From: Spirochaetia bacterium
Lineage (GTDB): Bacteria > Spirochaetota > Spirochaetia > SZUA-6 > Bin103
Assembly: GCA_965203905.1 (NCBI GenBank)
Contig: CBDBDQ010000005.1
Span: 3,328,001 to 3,392,000, forward strand
Length of the DNA: 64,000 bases
Reading direction: 5' to 3'
The notes below the pieces were generated by a model. It was not told where the DNA came from, searched no databases, and saw only the letters and a program-made list of their open reading frames with translations. Every line of letters begins with the position of its first letter. Position 1 is the first letter of the stretch. Below, piece by piece: positions 48,496 to 58,389 of this stretch. The translations under genes and the position numbers were made by a program.

Positions 48496-50076
48496 TCACG
48501 TGGCCCCGTCTGGCGACGGCGCGTCCTCCCGATGCCGGAAGCGGTGGTGGGCTCGACAGCGAAGGCGCAAGTTCCCGGGCTCAGCGCTGCCGCCGAGCGC
48601 GAAGGGAACGATGTGGTCGAGCTCCAGCAGGAAGCGGGAGCCGCAGCGCCGCCCGCTGTGCGGATCGACGTAACTGCAGCAGCCGCCGTCGCGGAGCCAC
48701 ACCTCGCGCCGCACTGGTGCCGGGATGTAGCGGGATCGACGCGCCCGGTGGGACGGCTGCGCGCTGCCTGCGGACGGGCCGGCAGGCGCCGGTTGCGACT
48801 GCGCACGGCCACCGAGCTGCGCCGCCCCTGCCGGCTTCGCTGGCGAAGGCGGGTTGCGACCGCGATCCGCCGCTGCCTGCGCGGTCGGCATGCACTGGTC
48901 TGCCGGCGGCGTCGGCCGTGGCGTCGGAACGGAGGCGCGGGCCCGACAACCAGCCACCAACTTCGCCGCCGAAGCAGCATTGCCGGGCGCCCCCGCCGCT
49001 GGCTTGGCACTCACCGGCGTGCTGCTGCCGCAAGTCTCGCGCCCCGACGGCGGCGCGGACAGCGCGGCCACCGCCGAGGTGCCGGCGTCGCCATTCCCGT
49101 GCGCGGGTTCCGCTGCGGACAGCGCTGCCGGCACCGGCGTGCTGCCACCGGCGCTCGTGCCCTCCGGCGGCGGCGCTCCGGGTTTCTTTTGCGTGCCCCG
49201 CTTCGCCGGCGAAGTCGCTCCGCCCGCCGGCGCTTCCTGCGGCTTCGTCTCCGGCGCCTGGCCCGCGCTTGCCTCCCGGCGCCCACCTCTGCGCCCGCGC
49301 GGCGGCCGCCCCGGGTCGTAGCGCTGCAGGCCGTCCTGCACCAGCCGCTCCACCAGCTGCCCCAGCGTCAGGTGCGGGTCCACGTGCGACAGCAGTGCTC
49401 GTAGCTGCTCGATCCCGCACTGACACGCAGCGTCGATCGCCACCTTCAGCTCCCAGCGGCCCTCGCCCAGCGCCCGCATGCGATCGGCCGGCCGCGCCAG
49501 CTCGGGAGCCACCCCGGCCAACAACTGCTTCACCTCGCGGGTGCTCTTGCCGCTCGCCTGGGCCACCAGCTCCTGCCGCTGCGCCGCGTCCAGCGCCGGC
49601 ACCGGTCGCGCTGGCGCCGCTGCCCCGGTCCCGGAAGCCCCAGCCTCCGGCGCCGGCCCCGTGGCGCCCGGCAACAGCTCCGGTGCCGCGGGTGCGGAGC
49701 CGAGGTCCGGGGCGGCGGTCGCGGTGCGCTGCAGGAGATCGAAGGTGTTCTGCAACTGCGCCGCCGCGCTCAGGGAGAGCGAGCCGTCCTGCAGCCGCTC
49801 GCGTGACCCGGCGGTCTCGGAGCACAGGCGCATGGCTTTGATACGGCGCCAGGCGGCGCCTTCGCTATAGCCCAGTTCGCGAACGGCGTAGTCGAACAGG
49901 CTGGAGAACCCGAGGCGCAGGTGGAGGTGGCGGGCGTGGATCTCGCGCAAGTGGTCGAGGACGGCGAGCTGCAGCGCCTGCTCGTGCAGGACGAGGGACC
50001 TGGTGTGCGCCAGCAGCACCTGGTCGGGGAGCCCGGAGAGCGGGCACGAGAAGCTGGTGGCGGTCGCGGTAGCCAT
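48496..50076 (-). CDS. HNH endonuclease with DUF222-like N-terminal domain and long Ala/Pro/Gly linker
   Basis: N-terminal L..L.D..LL, GFSSLFDY...LGYSEGAAWRRI; C-terminal RREVWLRDGGCC..RC..LELDHIVP.ALGG....NLRLRCRAH. Confidence 0.88.
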   Translation of the reverse strand: MATATATSFSCPLSGLPDQVLLAHTRSLVLHEQALQLAVLDHLREIHARHLHLRLGFSSLFDYAVRELGYSEGAAWRRIKAMRLCSETAGSRERLQDGSLSLSAAAQLQNTFDLLQRTATAAPDLGSAPAAPELLPGATGPAPEAGASGTGAAAPARPVPALDAAQRQELVAQASGKSTREVKQLLAGVAPELARPADRMRALGEGRWELKVAIDAACQCGIEQLRALLSHVDPHLTLGQLVERLVQDGLQRYDPGRPPRGRRGGRREASAGQAPETKPQEAPAGGATSPAKRGTQKKPGAPPPEGTSAGGSTPVPAALSAAEPAHGNGDAGTSAVAALSAPPSGRETCGSSTPVSAKPAAGAPGNAASAAKLVAGCRARASVPTPRPTPPADQCMPTAQAAADRGRNPPSPAKPAGAAQLGGRAQSQPAPAGPSAGSAQPSHRARRSRYIPAPVRREVWLRDGGCCSYVDPHSGRRCGSRFLLELDHIVPFALGGSAEPGNLRLRCRAHHRFRHREDAPSPDGAT

Positions 50077-50529
50077 GGCGTAAATATAAGCATGGTTGAG
50101 AAATGACCGGTTTCGGAAACTCCCGGGACGGGCATCGGGCAGGGCACAGGCCGGCGCTGACGGGGTGCTGACGGGCCGGTGGGGGTGGCGGGATGCTCGA
50201 AGGGTCGGAGGGGCCGGAACGTGCGGCAGAAGGCCGCTATGAGCAGCGCCAAACCCGTCAAGTGCTCAGCGCATTTTTTTGGCACTTATTCGCAGAATCC
50301 GGCGAATCCTGCACCGCGGCGCCGACGTGGCAGCAATGCAGCGGCGGAGACCGGCGTTGCGGGAGGCGGCACTCCGTTCATTTCTGGACACATCGTACAG
50401 CGAACGAACCACGTACCTCAAAGGCGGCGATCTGGCCGGCGCCCGGGCCACCACCGCCGCTCGGCCATTACTTCCAGAACATCCCTTGTCCACACGGGAT
50501 GCCGACGCCGTTTAGCACGGGACCCTGAC

Positions 50530-50584
50530 CGTGGGCTCCCGTGGGCTCCCGCGGGCTCGCGGGCTCCGCGGGCTCCGCGGGCTC
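50530..50584. repeat. Imperfect tandem repeat of GYGGGCTC core x6
   Basis: Cores at 50531, 50541, 50551, 50559, 50568 and 50577. Confidence 0.85.
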
Positions 50585-50592
50585 GGCAGGCG

Positions 50593-50622
50593 TTGACCCG
50601 CATGTGGGGATCTGATAACAAT
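50593..50622 (+). promoter_or_regulatory. Putative sigma70 promoter of the downstream ABC operon
   Basis: TTGACC-17 nt-TAACAAT. Confidence 0.45.
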
Positions 50623-50896
50623 CTGCTCCGCGCTACAGGGTAGCGCCCCGCAATTCGGGGAGGCGTCCGGTGTCCCGAACGAAGACGGCGGCTTCCCGGC
50701 GCTCGGTCGAGCGCCCGGCGGCAAGGGCGGGGAGCCCGTGCCGGGGTGACTCACCGGAGCGTGGTGGAGCGCCGCCTTGGCGTCAACGAGCAGGAGGTTG
50801 TGTGACATAAGGGACCGAGCGCCACGAGCTGATCGAGGCACGGGTGCCAACACAATCGAATCCATCGCCAATTATGGTTGCAAGGAGGAGAGCAAT

Positions 50897-52864
50897 ATGT
50901 TGAGGCGATATCTGACAGTTACGTTGGCCGTGGCAATGGCCTTGGTCATTCCGATGGCGGTCATGGCCGCCGGAGAAGGGGAACAGGCGGCAGGCGACAG
51001 TTCCGCGACGATGGACGCCGCGCCGAGCGAGTACAACGAGGCGCCCATGCTGGCGGCGATGGTGGCTGCCGGCGAGCTCCCACCGGTGGATCAGCGCATC
51101 GGCAACAATCCCCTGGTGACTCCGGTGGTTGAGGCGATCGGCCGTTACGGCGGCGAGTGGTTCCGGGTGTACACCGGGGCAGCCGACATCTACTGCAACG
51201 CCAGCAAGGTCAACGGCTGGGGGCCCTGGCGCTTCAGCCTGGACGGCGAGAGCGTGACCGAGTACTTCCTGGAATCCTGGAGCGTCAGCGACGACGGCAA
51301 GACGTGGACCGTGACGCTGCGCGACGGCATCATGTGGTCCGACGGCACGCCCGTCACCACCGAGGATGCCCGGTTCGCGATCGAGGATTGGTATACCCAC
51401 GAGCTGACGCTGGGAGCCGGCAAGATCCAGGCCCCACGCTGGCTGCGAGGTCCGTCCACCACGCCGGCGGAACTGCAGATCGTCGACGACAGCACGTTCC
51501 GGCTGGTTTACGACAAGGCGTACTATTACTTGCCCCGCCAATCCAGCGGTGGCTGTCCCGGGGGCACCTGGGAGATGATCGCGCCCGCCCACTTCATGAA
51601 GCAGTTCCACGTCGCGCACAACGCCGACGCCGCCAAGGCGGCCACGGAGGCCGGCTTCGAAGACTGGGTCGCGTACTACAACCAGGACCGGGCTCGGCTC
51701 AGCCGCAATCCCGACAGACCTACGATCACGCCGTGGGTGTACATGAGCCTCCCCGGTGACCAGGTCTATCGCCTGGAGCGGAATCCCTACTACTTCAGCG
51801 TCGACCCCGCGGGCAACCAGCTCCCGTATATCGACACCGTCGCGATGGAGTTGGTGAGCGATCGCGAGGTCCTGAACCTGAAGCTGATGCAGGGCGAGAT
51901 AGACTTCCAGCACCGCCACGTGCGCTTCGGCAACTTCCCGGTGCTCAAGGACAACGAGCAGAAGAGCGACTACCGGGTCGTGGAAGGCCCCACCGCCACC
52001 TACGGGGACTACGTGGCCATCAACCAGACCTACGACGGACCCGACGAAGACCGTGCCCTGCTGCACAACTATGACTTCCGGCTGGCGGTGGCGACGGCCA
52101 TCAACCGGGAACGGATCAACGAGGTGATCACCCTCGGCGAGGGGAACCCGAACCGCTACTTCCTGCCGCCGCAAGGTCACGCCTACCACCCGGGCGACGA
52201 GTACGAGACGCTGCCTTACAGCTATGACCCGGCCGAGGCCAACCGGATCCTGGACACGATCATGCCCGACAAGGACTCCGAGGGCTTCCGCCTGCGTCCC
52301 GACGGCGCGCCGTTCACCCTGCTGATGACCCACTGGCTCAACGATCCGGAGGCGCTGCGCATGGAGTTGATCGCCGACGACCTGGCCCAGGTGGGTCTCC
52401 GCGTCAAGTACGACCTGCTGGAGCGCTCGCTGTCCGTGACCAAGCTCACGGCCAACGAGTACATGATGCACGTCGGCTACTTCAACATCGACGAGGGAGA
52501 CTTCCTGGTCGCGCACTGGATCGCGCCGGTGGTCGGTCCGCATACGCCTCTGTACGCGCCGGGATGGACCGCCTGGGTGCTCGATAACAGCAAGGGCGAG
52601 GAGCCGCCCGCGGACGTGATGAGCATCCTCGTGGAGCCGTTCCTGAGGGGCCCGGGCCTTACCCCGGACGAAGGTGCCGAGGTGATGCGGAACGCATTCC
52701 TGTGGCACTACGAAAACCTGGTGCTGATACCGGTCAACGGGTCCAGACCCGGCCTGACCATCGCCAGCAACAGATTGGGCAACGTGCCCTCGGGCGCCTT
52801 CTCCACGCACGCCACCGGCAGTCCCTACAATCACTTCCCCGACCAGTACTACTTCAAGAATTAG
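50897..52864 (+). CDS. ABC transporter substrate-binding protein, family 5
   Basis: SD AGGAGGAG; EAPML..MV.AGELPPV..R, LRDG.MWSDG.P.T and RNPYY..VDPAGNQLPYID motifs. Confidence 0.92.
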   Translation: MLRRYLTVTLAVAMALVIPMAVMAAGEGEQAAGDSSATMDAAPSEYNEAPMLAAMVAAGELPPVDQRIGNNPLVTPVVEAIGRYGGEWFRVYTGAADIYCNASKVNGWGPWRFSLDGESVTEYFLESWSVSDDGKTWTVTLRDGIMWSDGTPVTTEDARFAIEDWYTHELTLGAGKIQAPRWLRGPSTTPAELQIVDDSTFRLVYDKAYYYLPRQSSGGCPGGTWEMIAPAHFMKQFHVAHNADAAKAATEAGFEDWVAYYNQDRARLSRNPDRPTITPWVYMSLPGDQVYRLERNPYYFSVDPAGNQLPYIDTVAMELVSDREVLNLKLMQGEIDFQHRHVRFGNFPVLKDNEQKSDYRVVEGPTATYGDYVAINQTYDGPDEDRALLHNYDFRLAVATAINRERINEVITLGEGNPNRYFLPPQGHAYHPGDEYETLPYSYDPAEANRILDTIMPDKDSEGFRLRPDGAPFTLLMTHWLNDPEALRMELIADDLAQVGLRVKYDLLERSLSVTKLTANEYMMHVGYFNIDEGDFLVAHWIAPVVGPHTPLYAPGWTAWVLDNSKGEEPPADVMSILVEPFLRGPGLTPDEGAEVMRNAFLWHYENLVLIPVNGSRPGLTIASNRLGNVPSGAFSTHATGSPYNHFPDQYYFKN

Positions 52865-53024
52865 TAGCGCGGCCTAGGGAAGACGCGTTTCGCGGCGTCG
52901 CGGTGCCCCCGCTCCAGGGGGTGTCGCGGCGCTGCGGGGCAGTAGGCAACCGAGCGCATGGGACTCGCGCGCTGGATCCGATTCTCGGACCGGCAACGGC
53001 TTCCATGCGCACCGAGGAGGGGAG

Positions 53025-54011
53025 ATGACAACCTTTCTGCTTCGTCGGACCTTCAGCATGCTCATGGTTCTGGTGCTGCTGACGTTCCTCATTTTCGGCA
53101 TCGTGCAAGCGCCGCCCGGGGACTACGTGGACACCTACATCGCGGCCCTGCAGGCGCGCGGCGATCTTGCCACGCCCGAGGACCTGGAGGCGATCAGGAA
53201 GACCCTGGGCCTGGAAGCGAGCATGCCGGAGCAGTACGTGCGCTGGATCACCCGCCTCCTGAAGGGAGACCTGGGGTTCTCCCTGGAGAACCGGCGGCCG
53301 GTGATCGACCTGGTGCGTGACCGGCTGCCGCTCACGGCGATGCTGGCGGTGGCGACGCTGCTGTTCACCTGGACCCTGGCCATCCCCATCGGCATCATCT
53401 CCGCGGTGAAGCAGTACTCCATCACCGATCACGTGTTCACGTTCCTCTCCTATCTCGGCATCGGCACCCCCAACTTCCTGCTCGCGCTGGTGCTGATGTG
53501 GATTGCGTTCGTCTACTTCGGCTGGAACGTGGGCGGCCTGTTCTCGCGGGAGTTCCTGGACGCGCCCTGGAGCTGGGCCAGGTTCGTGGACCTGATGAAG
53601 CATCTCTGGATTCCGGTCATCGTGATCGGTACCGACGGCATGGCCGGGCTGGTGCGCGTGATGCGGGCCAACCTGCTCGACGAGCTGGCCAAGCCCTACG
53701 TGGTGACCGCCAGGACCAAGGGTCTCTCGGAGTGGAGAATCATCGCCAAGTACCCGGTGCGACTGGCCATCAACCCGTTCATCAGCGTCGTCGGCTGGAG
53801 CCTGCCACGGCTGATGTCGGCCGGACTCATCGTCTCGGTGGTGCTGAGCCTTCCGACCCTGGATCCGCTGCTGCTGGAGGCGTTGTTTGCCCAGGACTAC
53901 CTGTTCGCGGGAACCATCCTGATGATCATCTCGGTGCTCACCGTGGTCGGGACCTTCGTCTCCGATATCCTCCTGGCGATCGCGGACCCCAGGATCAGGA
54001 TCGAGGCCTAA
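53025..54011 (+). CDS. ABC permease (OppB/DppB-like)
   Basis: PPGDY, RANLLDEL.KPYV.TAR.KGL, DPRIR. Confidence 0.92.
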   Translation: MTTFLLRRTFSMLMVLVLLTFLIFGIVQAPPGDYVDTYIAALQARGDLATPEDLEAIRKTLGLEASMPEQYVRWITRLLKGDLGFSLENRRPVIDLVRDRLPLTAMLAVATLLFTWTLAIPIGIISAVKQYSITDHVFTFLSYLGIGTPNFLLALVLMWIAFVYFGWNVGGLFSREFLDAPWSWARFVDLMKHLWIPVIVIGTDGMAGLVRVMRANLLDELAKPYVVTARTKGLSEWRIIAKYPVRLAINPFISVVGWSLPRLMSAGLIVSVVLSLPTLDPLLLEALFAQDYLFAGTILMIISVLTVVGTFVSDILLAIADPRIRIEA

Positions 54012-54015
54012 GGGC

Positions 54016-55197
54016 GTGGCGGAACGGGCGCGGCAGGACAGCCTGGCGGTTGCCGAGGCGGGCGAGAGCCTGCTGGCGGCGCAGACCCTGGCAGAGGAGC
54101 TGGAGGCTTCCGAGGCCGACGAGAGCTTCATGCTCGCCGGCCAGTGGCAGCTCATCTGGTGGCGGTTCAAGAAGCATCGCCTGGCGCTGGTCACTACCGT
54201 GATTCTGGGGTTCTTCTACTTCGTGGCCGTGTTCGCCGAGTTCCTGGCTCCCATGAACCCCTACACCGCCGATCACCTGCGGGTCTTCGCACCCCCGCAG
54301 CGCATCCACTTCGACGGGCTCCAGCCCTTCGTCTACGGCATCACGCAGGAGCGGAATCGCGTTACCCGCCGGCTGGAGCACGTGGAGGATCGCAACGTCA
54401 GGTACAATCTCCACTTGTTTGCGCGCGGCTTCGACTACAAGCTGCTGGGGCTGTTCCGCAGCAACCTGCACCTGTTCGGAACCGACACGCCGGACGCGGT
54501 GTTCAACATTCTGGGAGCCGACCGGCTGGGACGCGACTTCCTCTCGCGGCTGATCTACTCGTTCCGCATCTCGCTGTCGATCGGCCTGGTGGGGGTGGCC
54601 ATCTCCCTGGTCCTGGGTGTGCTGCTGGGTGGCGCGTCGGCCTACGGCGGTCCCTGGGTCGACTCCATCATCCAGCGCGTGATCGAGTTGCTCAGGAGCA
54701 TACCCACGCTGCCGTTGTGGCTCTCCCTGGGCGCCGCCGTGCCGCCGGCGTGGGGCATGCTGCAGGTGTACTTTGCGATCACCGTCATCCTCTCCTTCAT
54801 CGGCTGGACCACCGTGGCCCGGCAGGTGCGCGGCAAGTTCCTGGTGCTGCGGGAAGAGGACTTCGTGGTGGCGGCCAGGCTGGCCGGAACCGGGCCCATG
54901 AAGGTGATCGTGCGGCACATGGTGCCTTCGTTCATGAGCCATATCATCGCGGTGACGACGCTGGCGATTCCCGGCATGATCCTCGCCGAGACGGCGCTCA
55001 GCTTCCTGGGGCTGGGGCTGAGGCCGCCGGCGATCAGCCTGGGGGTGATGCTGAAGGACGCTCAGAACGTGTTGACGCTGGCCGACGCCCCCTGGCTGCT
55101 GCTGCCGGGGGCGGCGGTTCTCGTCATCGTGCTGGCGTTCAACTTCCTCGGCGACGGCCTGCGGGACGCCGCCGACCCGTATTCGATCAAACGCTGA
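54016..55197 (+). CDS. ABC permease (OppC/DppC-like)
   Basis: W.RFKKH, LGADRLGRD, REEDFVVAA and FNFLGDGLRDAADPY motifs. Confidence 0.92.
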   Translation: MAERARQDSLAVAEAGESLLAAQTLAEELEASEADESFMLAGQWQLIWWRFKKHRLALVTTVILGFFYFVAVFAEFLAPMNPYTADHLRVFAPPQRIHFDGLQPFVYGITQERNRVTRRLEHVEDRNVRYNLHLFARGFDYKLLGLFRSNLHLFGTDTPDAVFNILGADRLGRDFLSRLIYSFRISLSIGLVGVAISLVLGVLLGGASAYGGPWVDSIIQRVIELLRSIPTLPLWLSLGAAVPPAWGMLQVYFAITVILSFIGWTTVARQVRGKFLVLREEDFVVAARLAGTGPMKVIVRHMVPSFMSHIIAVTTLAIPGMILAETALSFLGLGLRPPAISLGVMLKDAQNVLTLADAPWLLLPGAAVLVIVLAFNFLGDGLRDAADPYSIKR

Positions 55198-55211
55198 TTC
55201 GGAGGCAAACG

Positions 55212-56345
55212 ATGCCCAAGCCCAAGCAAGTGATCTGGCAGGTGGAGGCGATTCCGCGCGGCACCGACCCCCTCATGGGGGCGGAGATCGTGCAGCTCAC
55301 CAGCGCCCCGGTGATCACCCACGACATCTACCTGGAGCAGATCTACGCGTCCAACGACGGTAGCCGCATCGGCCTGTTCCGCTCCTACTTTCCCGACCTG
55401 CGGCGGCTCCCGGAAATGTGGGTGTGCGACCTGGAGACCAGGCAGACCACCTGCATCGGCGAGGCCTCCGACAGCTCCGTCGCCAGCAACCGGTTCCTGG
55501 ATACCTTGTACTACATCCGGCCGGTGAGCGGAGAGCGACCGGGCCCGGGCGCAGAGCACTCCCTGGTACGGTTGAACCTGAAGACGCTGGAGCGGGAGGA
55601 CGTGTTCACGTTCAGTGACTGTCCGTTGCCGCGCAGCGGCGCGATCTCGGCCGACGAGCGCTACTACGTGGGCGGGCTGCGCATCGAGGGGACCATGTGG
55701 GGGCTGTACCGCATCGACCTCTCGCGGGGAACCTGGGAGGTGTTCCACGAGCACCAGGACATCCTCAATCCGCACCTGCAGTTCCAGCCCACCCCGGGCA
55801 ACACGCTGCTGGTGCAGTGGAACCGGGGCGGGATCGTGGACGAGGACAACAACATCATCCAACTGGTGGGGGAGGAGGGGGCCAGCCTCTACCTGGTGGA
55901 CGTGGATGGCGGCAACTACCGGCGGCTACCGGTGGGCAAGCCGCACACCACCCCGGTAACGGGCCACGAGTGCTGGATCGGGAAGGAACAGCGCATCCTG
56001 CTGACTTCGCGCGGGGGCTACGTCTACACCGCGGCGGGCGGTGACGAGCAGGCGTCCCTGGTGTGCCAGGTGCCCGGCTACAACCACATCTCCTCATCGG
56101 TGGACGGCCGCTTCTTCACGGTGGACGACTTCCGCAACGGCCGCCTCTACGTGGGCAGCCTGCAGAGCAACCGGGTGCTGCCGATCTGCGACTCCGGCAC
56201 CAGTTGCGGCCGCCCGCAATACACCCACGCGCACCCGTACCTGACTCCCGACAACCGGCACGTGATCTACAACTCCGACCGGACCGGCATCTGCCAGGTG
56301 TACGCCGCCGTCGTACCCGACGGTTTCCTGGACCAGCTCCTCTGA
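55212..56345 (+). CDS. Oligogalacturonate lyase-like beta-propeller protein
   Basis: D...G.EI.QLT, HLQF.P, GHECW and HAHPYLTPD...VIYNSDRTG..QVY motifs. Confidence 0.7.
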   Translation: MPKPKQVIWQVEAIPRGTDPLMGAEIVQLTSAPVITHDIYLEQIYASNDGSRIGLFRSYFPDLRRLPEMWVCDLETRQTTCIGEASDSSVASNRFLDTLYYIRPVSGERPGPGAEHSLVRLNLKTLEREDVFTFSDCPLPRSGAISADERYYVGGLRIEGTMWGLYRIDLSRGTWEVFHEHQDILNPHLQFQPTPGNTLLVQWNRGGIVDEDNNIIQLVGEEGASLYLVDVDGGNYRRLPVGKPHTTPVTGHECWIGKEQRILLTSRGGYVYTAAGGDEQASLVCQVPGYNHISSSVDGRFFTVDDFRNGRLYVGSLQSNRVLPICDSGTSCGRPQYTHAHPYLTPDNRHVIYNSDRTGICQVYAAVVPDGFLDQLL

Positions 56346-56371
56346 ACCCGACACCGCAACGCCCGGATCCC

Positions 56372-58315
56372 GTGGTCGAGCAGCGGGCGCCCGACCCTGA
56401 CTTCCCCGCGGCCAGCTTCCGCCTGCAGCGGCCGCTGCGTGCCGGAACGCTGGTGCGGATCCGCGCCGGCGGCACCCTGCTGCTGTCCAGCGTGCGCGTC
56501 ACCGCGGTGCGCGCCGCTGGCGGCGACCCGCTGCCGTTCGCCCACCGCTACGAGCGCGCGGAGATGGAGCGCCGCTGGCGCTGGTACATCACGACCATGA
56601 CGATGGCGGTGGTGCGCCTGCCGCGCGACCTGCCGGCGGGCGCGGTGTTGGCGGTTGAGGCGGAGTACCAGGAGCGCAGGATGCGTGGCGAGCGGGCCAC
56701 CGGCCGGCCGTCGCCGCAGCACTCGCGCGACCGCTACAGCGGGCTGTCGTGGTGGCTGCAGGCGCTGGCGATCGCCGACGTCGACGCGGAGCGGGGAGAG
56801 CCGGTGGCGGCTCCGTTCGAGGTGCGCTTCGTGGCCGGGGCGCCGGAGCGCCTGGCGGCCTACCTGCGCCACGACGGGCGCCTGCTGGTGCAGCACTTCG
56901 ACCGGGCCGGCAACCCGGCGGCGGCCTCCGGCGAGGTCGTGGCGGCGGCCGCGGATGGCCGGCGCGGCGCGGTGCCCGTAACCGAGGGAGCGGCCGCGAC
57001 CTCCGTCGCGCTGTCGGCGCAGGCCCCCTCGGCGTCGGCTACGGCTGCCGCGGCGCCAAGCCGGGACGATGCGACCGGGGCCGGATCCGGGGGCGCGCCG
57101 GAGCTCCTCGCGGGGCGTATCGAGGTGCGGGACGGTGCCGGGCGCAGCGCGCTCAGCAATGCGCCGCCGCTGGCCCTGGACGGGACGCCGATCTTCTTCG
57201 GCGAATTCCACTGGCACACTGATTTCAGCGGCGACGGCCAGCGCCCCACCGCCGATGCCCTGCGCAGCGCGCGTGACGAGCTGGCGCTCGACTTCGCGGG
57301 TCCCGCCGACCACCTGTCCCCCGGCGCCACCTACCGCGGCACCGGTGCGGCGGGAAACGTCACCCGCACCGTGGCCGAGCAGGCCGCCCGGTGCCGGCCG
57401 TTCGAGGAGCCGGGGCGGTTCTGCGCGGTGCCGGCCGCGGAGCTGAGCCGGCGCTACGGCCACGCCAACATCTACACCGACAGTTGGGACCTGCTGCTGG
57501 AGGTCACCGGGCGCTTCGCCGCCGAGCTGGCGCCGGCCTGGGAACGGCAGCCCGACCGGTACGACCTGGCCTCGCTGGTGCGCCTGTGCCCACCAGGGCG
57601 TGCCCTGGTAGTGCCGCACCACTCCAACATGGACTCCTTCGTGCGCGAAGGCGTGGTGCGCGAGGACGGGCGGCCGGCGTGGTGCGCCATGCACTGGCCA
57701 CAGCCGGCCAACCGCGACGTGGTGCGGCTGGTGGAGATGGTGCAGACCCGCGGCTGCTTCGAGGCCGAGGAGACCGACGCGCGCTGGCGCATCTGGGACG
57801 GCGGGCTGGGCGGCAGCGTGCGCACGGCACTGGCGCGCGGCTACCGGCTCGGCTTCGTCGGCGGCACCGACAACCACAGCGGCTGGCCGACGCGCAAGGG
57901 CGACGGCTTTTGCGGCCTCACCGCGATACAGGCACCGGAGCTGGCCTGGGGCGAGCTGTTCCGCGCCCTGCACGCGCGGCGCTGCTACGCCACCACCGGC
58001 GCCCGCATCGTCGCCGACGTCACCCTGAACGGCGCCCCCATGGGCAGCGAGCTCCGGCTGCAGCCGGGTGCCGAGCGCCGCCTGCGGGTGCGGATCCGCG
58101 GCACCGCTCCGCTGGAGTGCGTGCAGGTGATCCACTGCGGCCACCTGCTGGCCGAGTTGCCGGTGGCCGCCGACAGCCCTGACCTCGATGCCGAGTGGGT
58201 CGACGAGCGGCCTGGCCGGCCGCTGGAGGACGTCTACTACTACGTACGCGCCCGCCAGCAGGACGGCGAGTGCCTGTGGACCTCGCCGTTCTGGATCGAC
58301 CTGCCGCAAGACTGA
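56372..58315 (+). CDS. PHP-fold metallohydrolase (CehA/McbA/DUF3604-like)
   Basis: GEFHWHT.FSGDG, DF...ADH, GHANI, PHH, GFVGGTDNH, RRCYATTG and YYYVR..Q.DG...WTSP.W motifs. Start uncertain. Confidence 0.8.
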   Translation: MVEQRAPDPDFPAASFRLQRPLRAGTLVRIRAGGTLLLSSVRVTAVRAAGGDPLPFAHRYERAEMERRWRWYITTMTMAVVRLPRDLPAGAVLAVEAEYQERRMRGERATGRPSPQHSRDRYSGLSWWLQALAIADVDAERGEPVAAPFEVRFVAGAPERLAAYLRHDGRLLVQHFDRAGNPAAASGEVVAAAADGRRGAVPVTEGAAATSVALSAQAPSASATAAAAPSRDDATGAGSGGAPELLAGRIEVRDGAGRSALSNAPPLALDGTPIFFGEFHWHTDFSGDGQRPTADALRSARDELALDFAGPADHLSPGATYRGTGAAGNVTRTVAEQAARCRPFEEPGRFCAVPAAELSRRYGHANIYTDSWDLLLEVTGRFAAELAPAWERQPDRYDLASLVRLCPPGRALVVPHHSNMDSFVREGVVREDGRPAWCAMHWPQPANRDVVRLVEMVQTRGCFEAEETDARWRIWDGGLGGSVRTALARGYRLGFVGGTDNHSGWPTRKGDGFCGLTAIQAPELAWGELFRALHARRCYATTGARIVADVTLNGAPMGSELRLQPGAERRLRVRIRGTAPLECVQVIHCGHLLAELPVAADSPDLDAEWVDERPGRPLEDVYYYVRARQQDGECLWTSPFWIDLPQD

Positions 58316-58389
58316 GCCGGCGCCGCGGCCGGAGCGGCGGTTGCGGCTGGCAGCGGCGCGTGTGGCCGTGCCATACTGCGGGTACGCAG

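Noticed and set aside
48496-50076. IscB/Cas9-like RNA-guided nuclease call
   Set aside because: No PLMP or RuvC motifs; only a C-terminal HNH domain.
50715-50800. Resemblance to the c-di-AMP (ydaO) riboswitch (GGCGGGGAGCCC..GGGGTGACTC)
   Set aside because: Lacks the conserved CCGUCAGCUAAC 3' element; kept only as an unclassified structured leader.
1378-58309. Many long alternative-frame and antisense ORFs (e.g. 1378..2847, 9686..12079, 28870..31320, 45261..47717, 56267..58309)
   Set aside because: Shadow ORFs expected from high GC3 opposite well-supported genes; no motifs.
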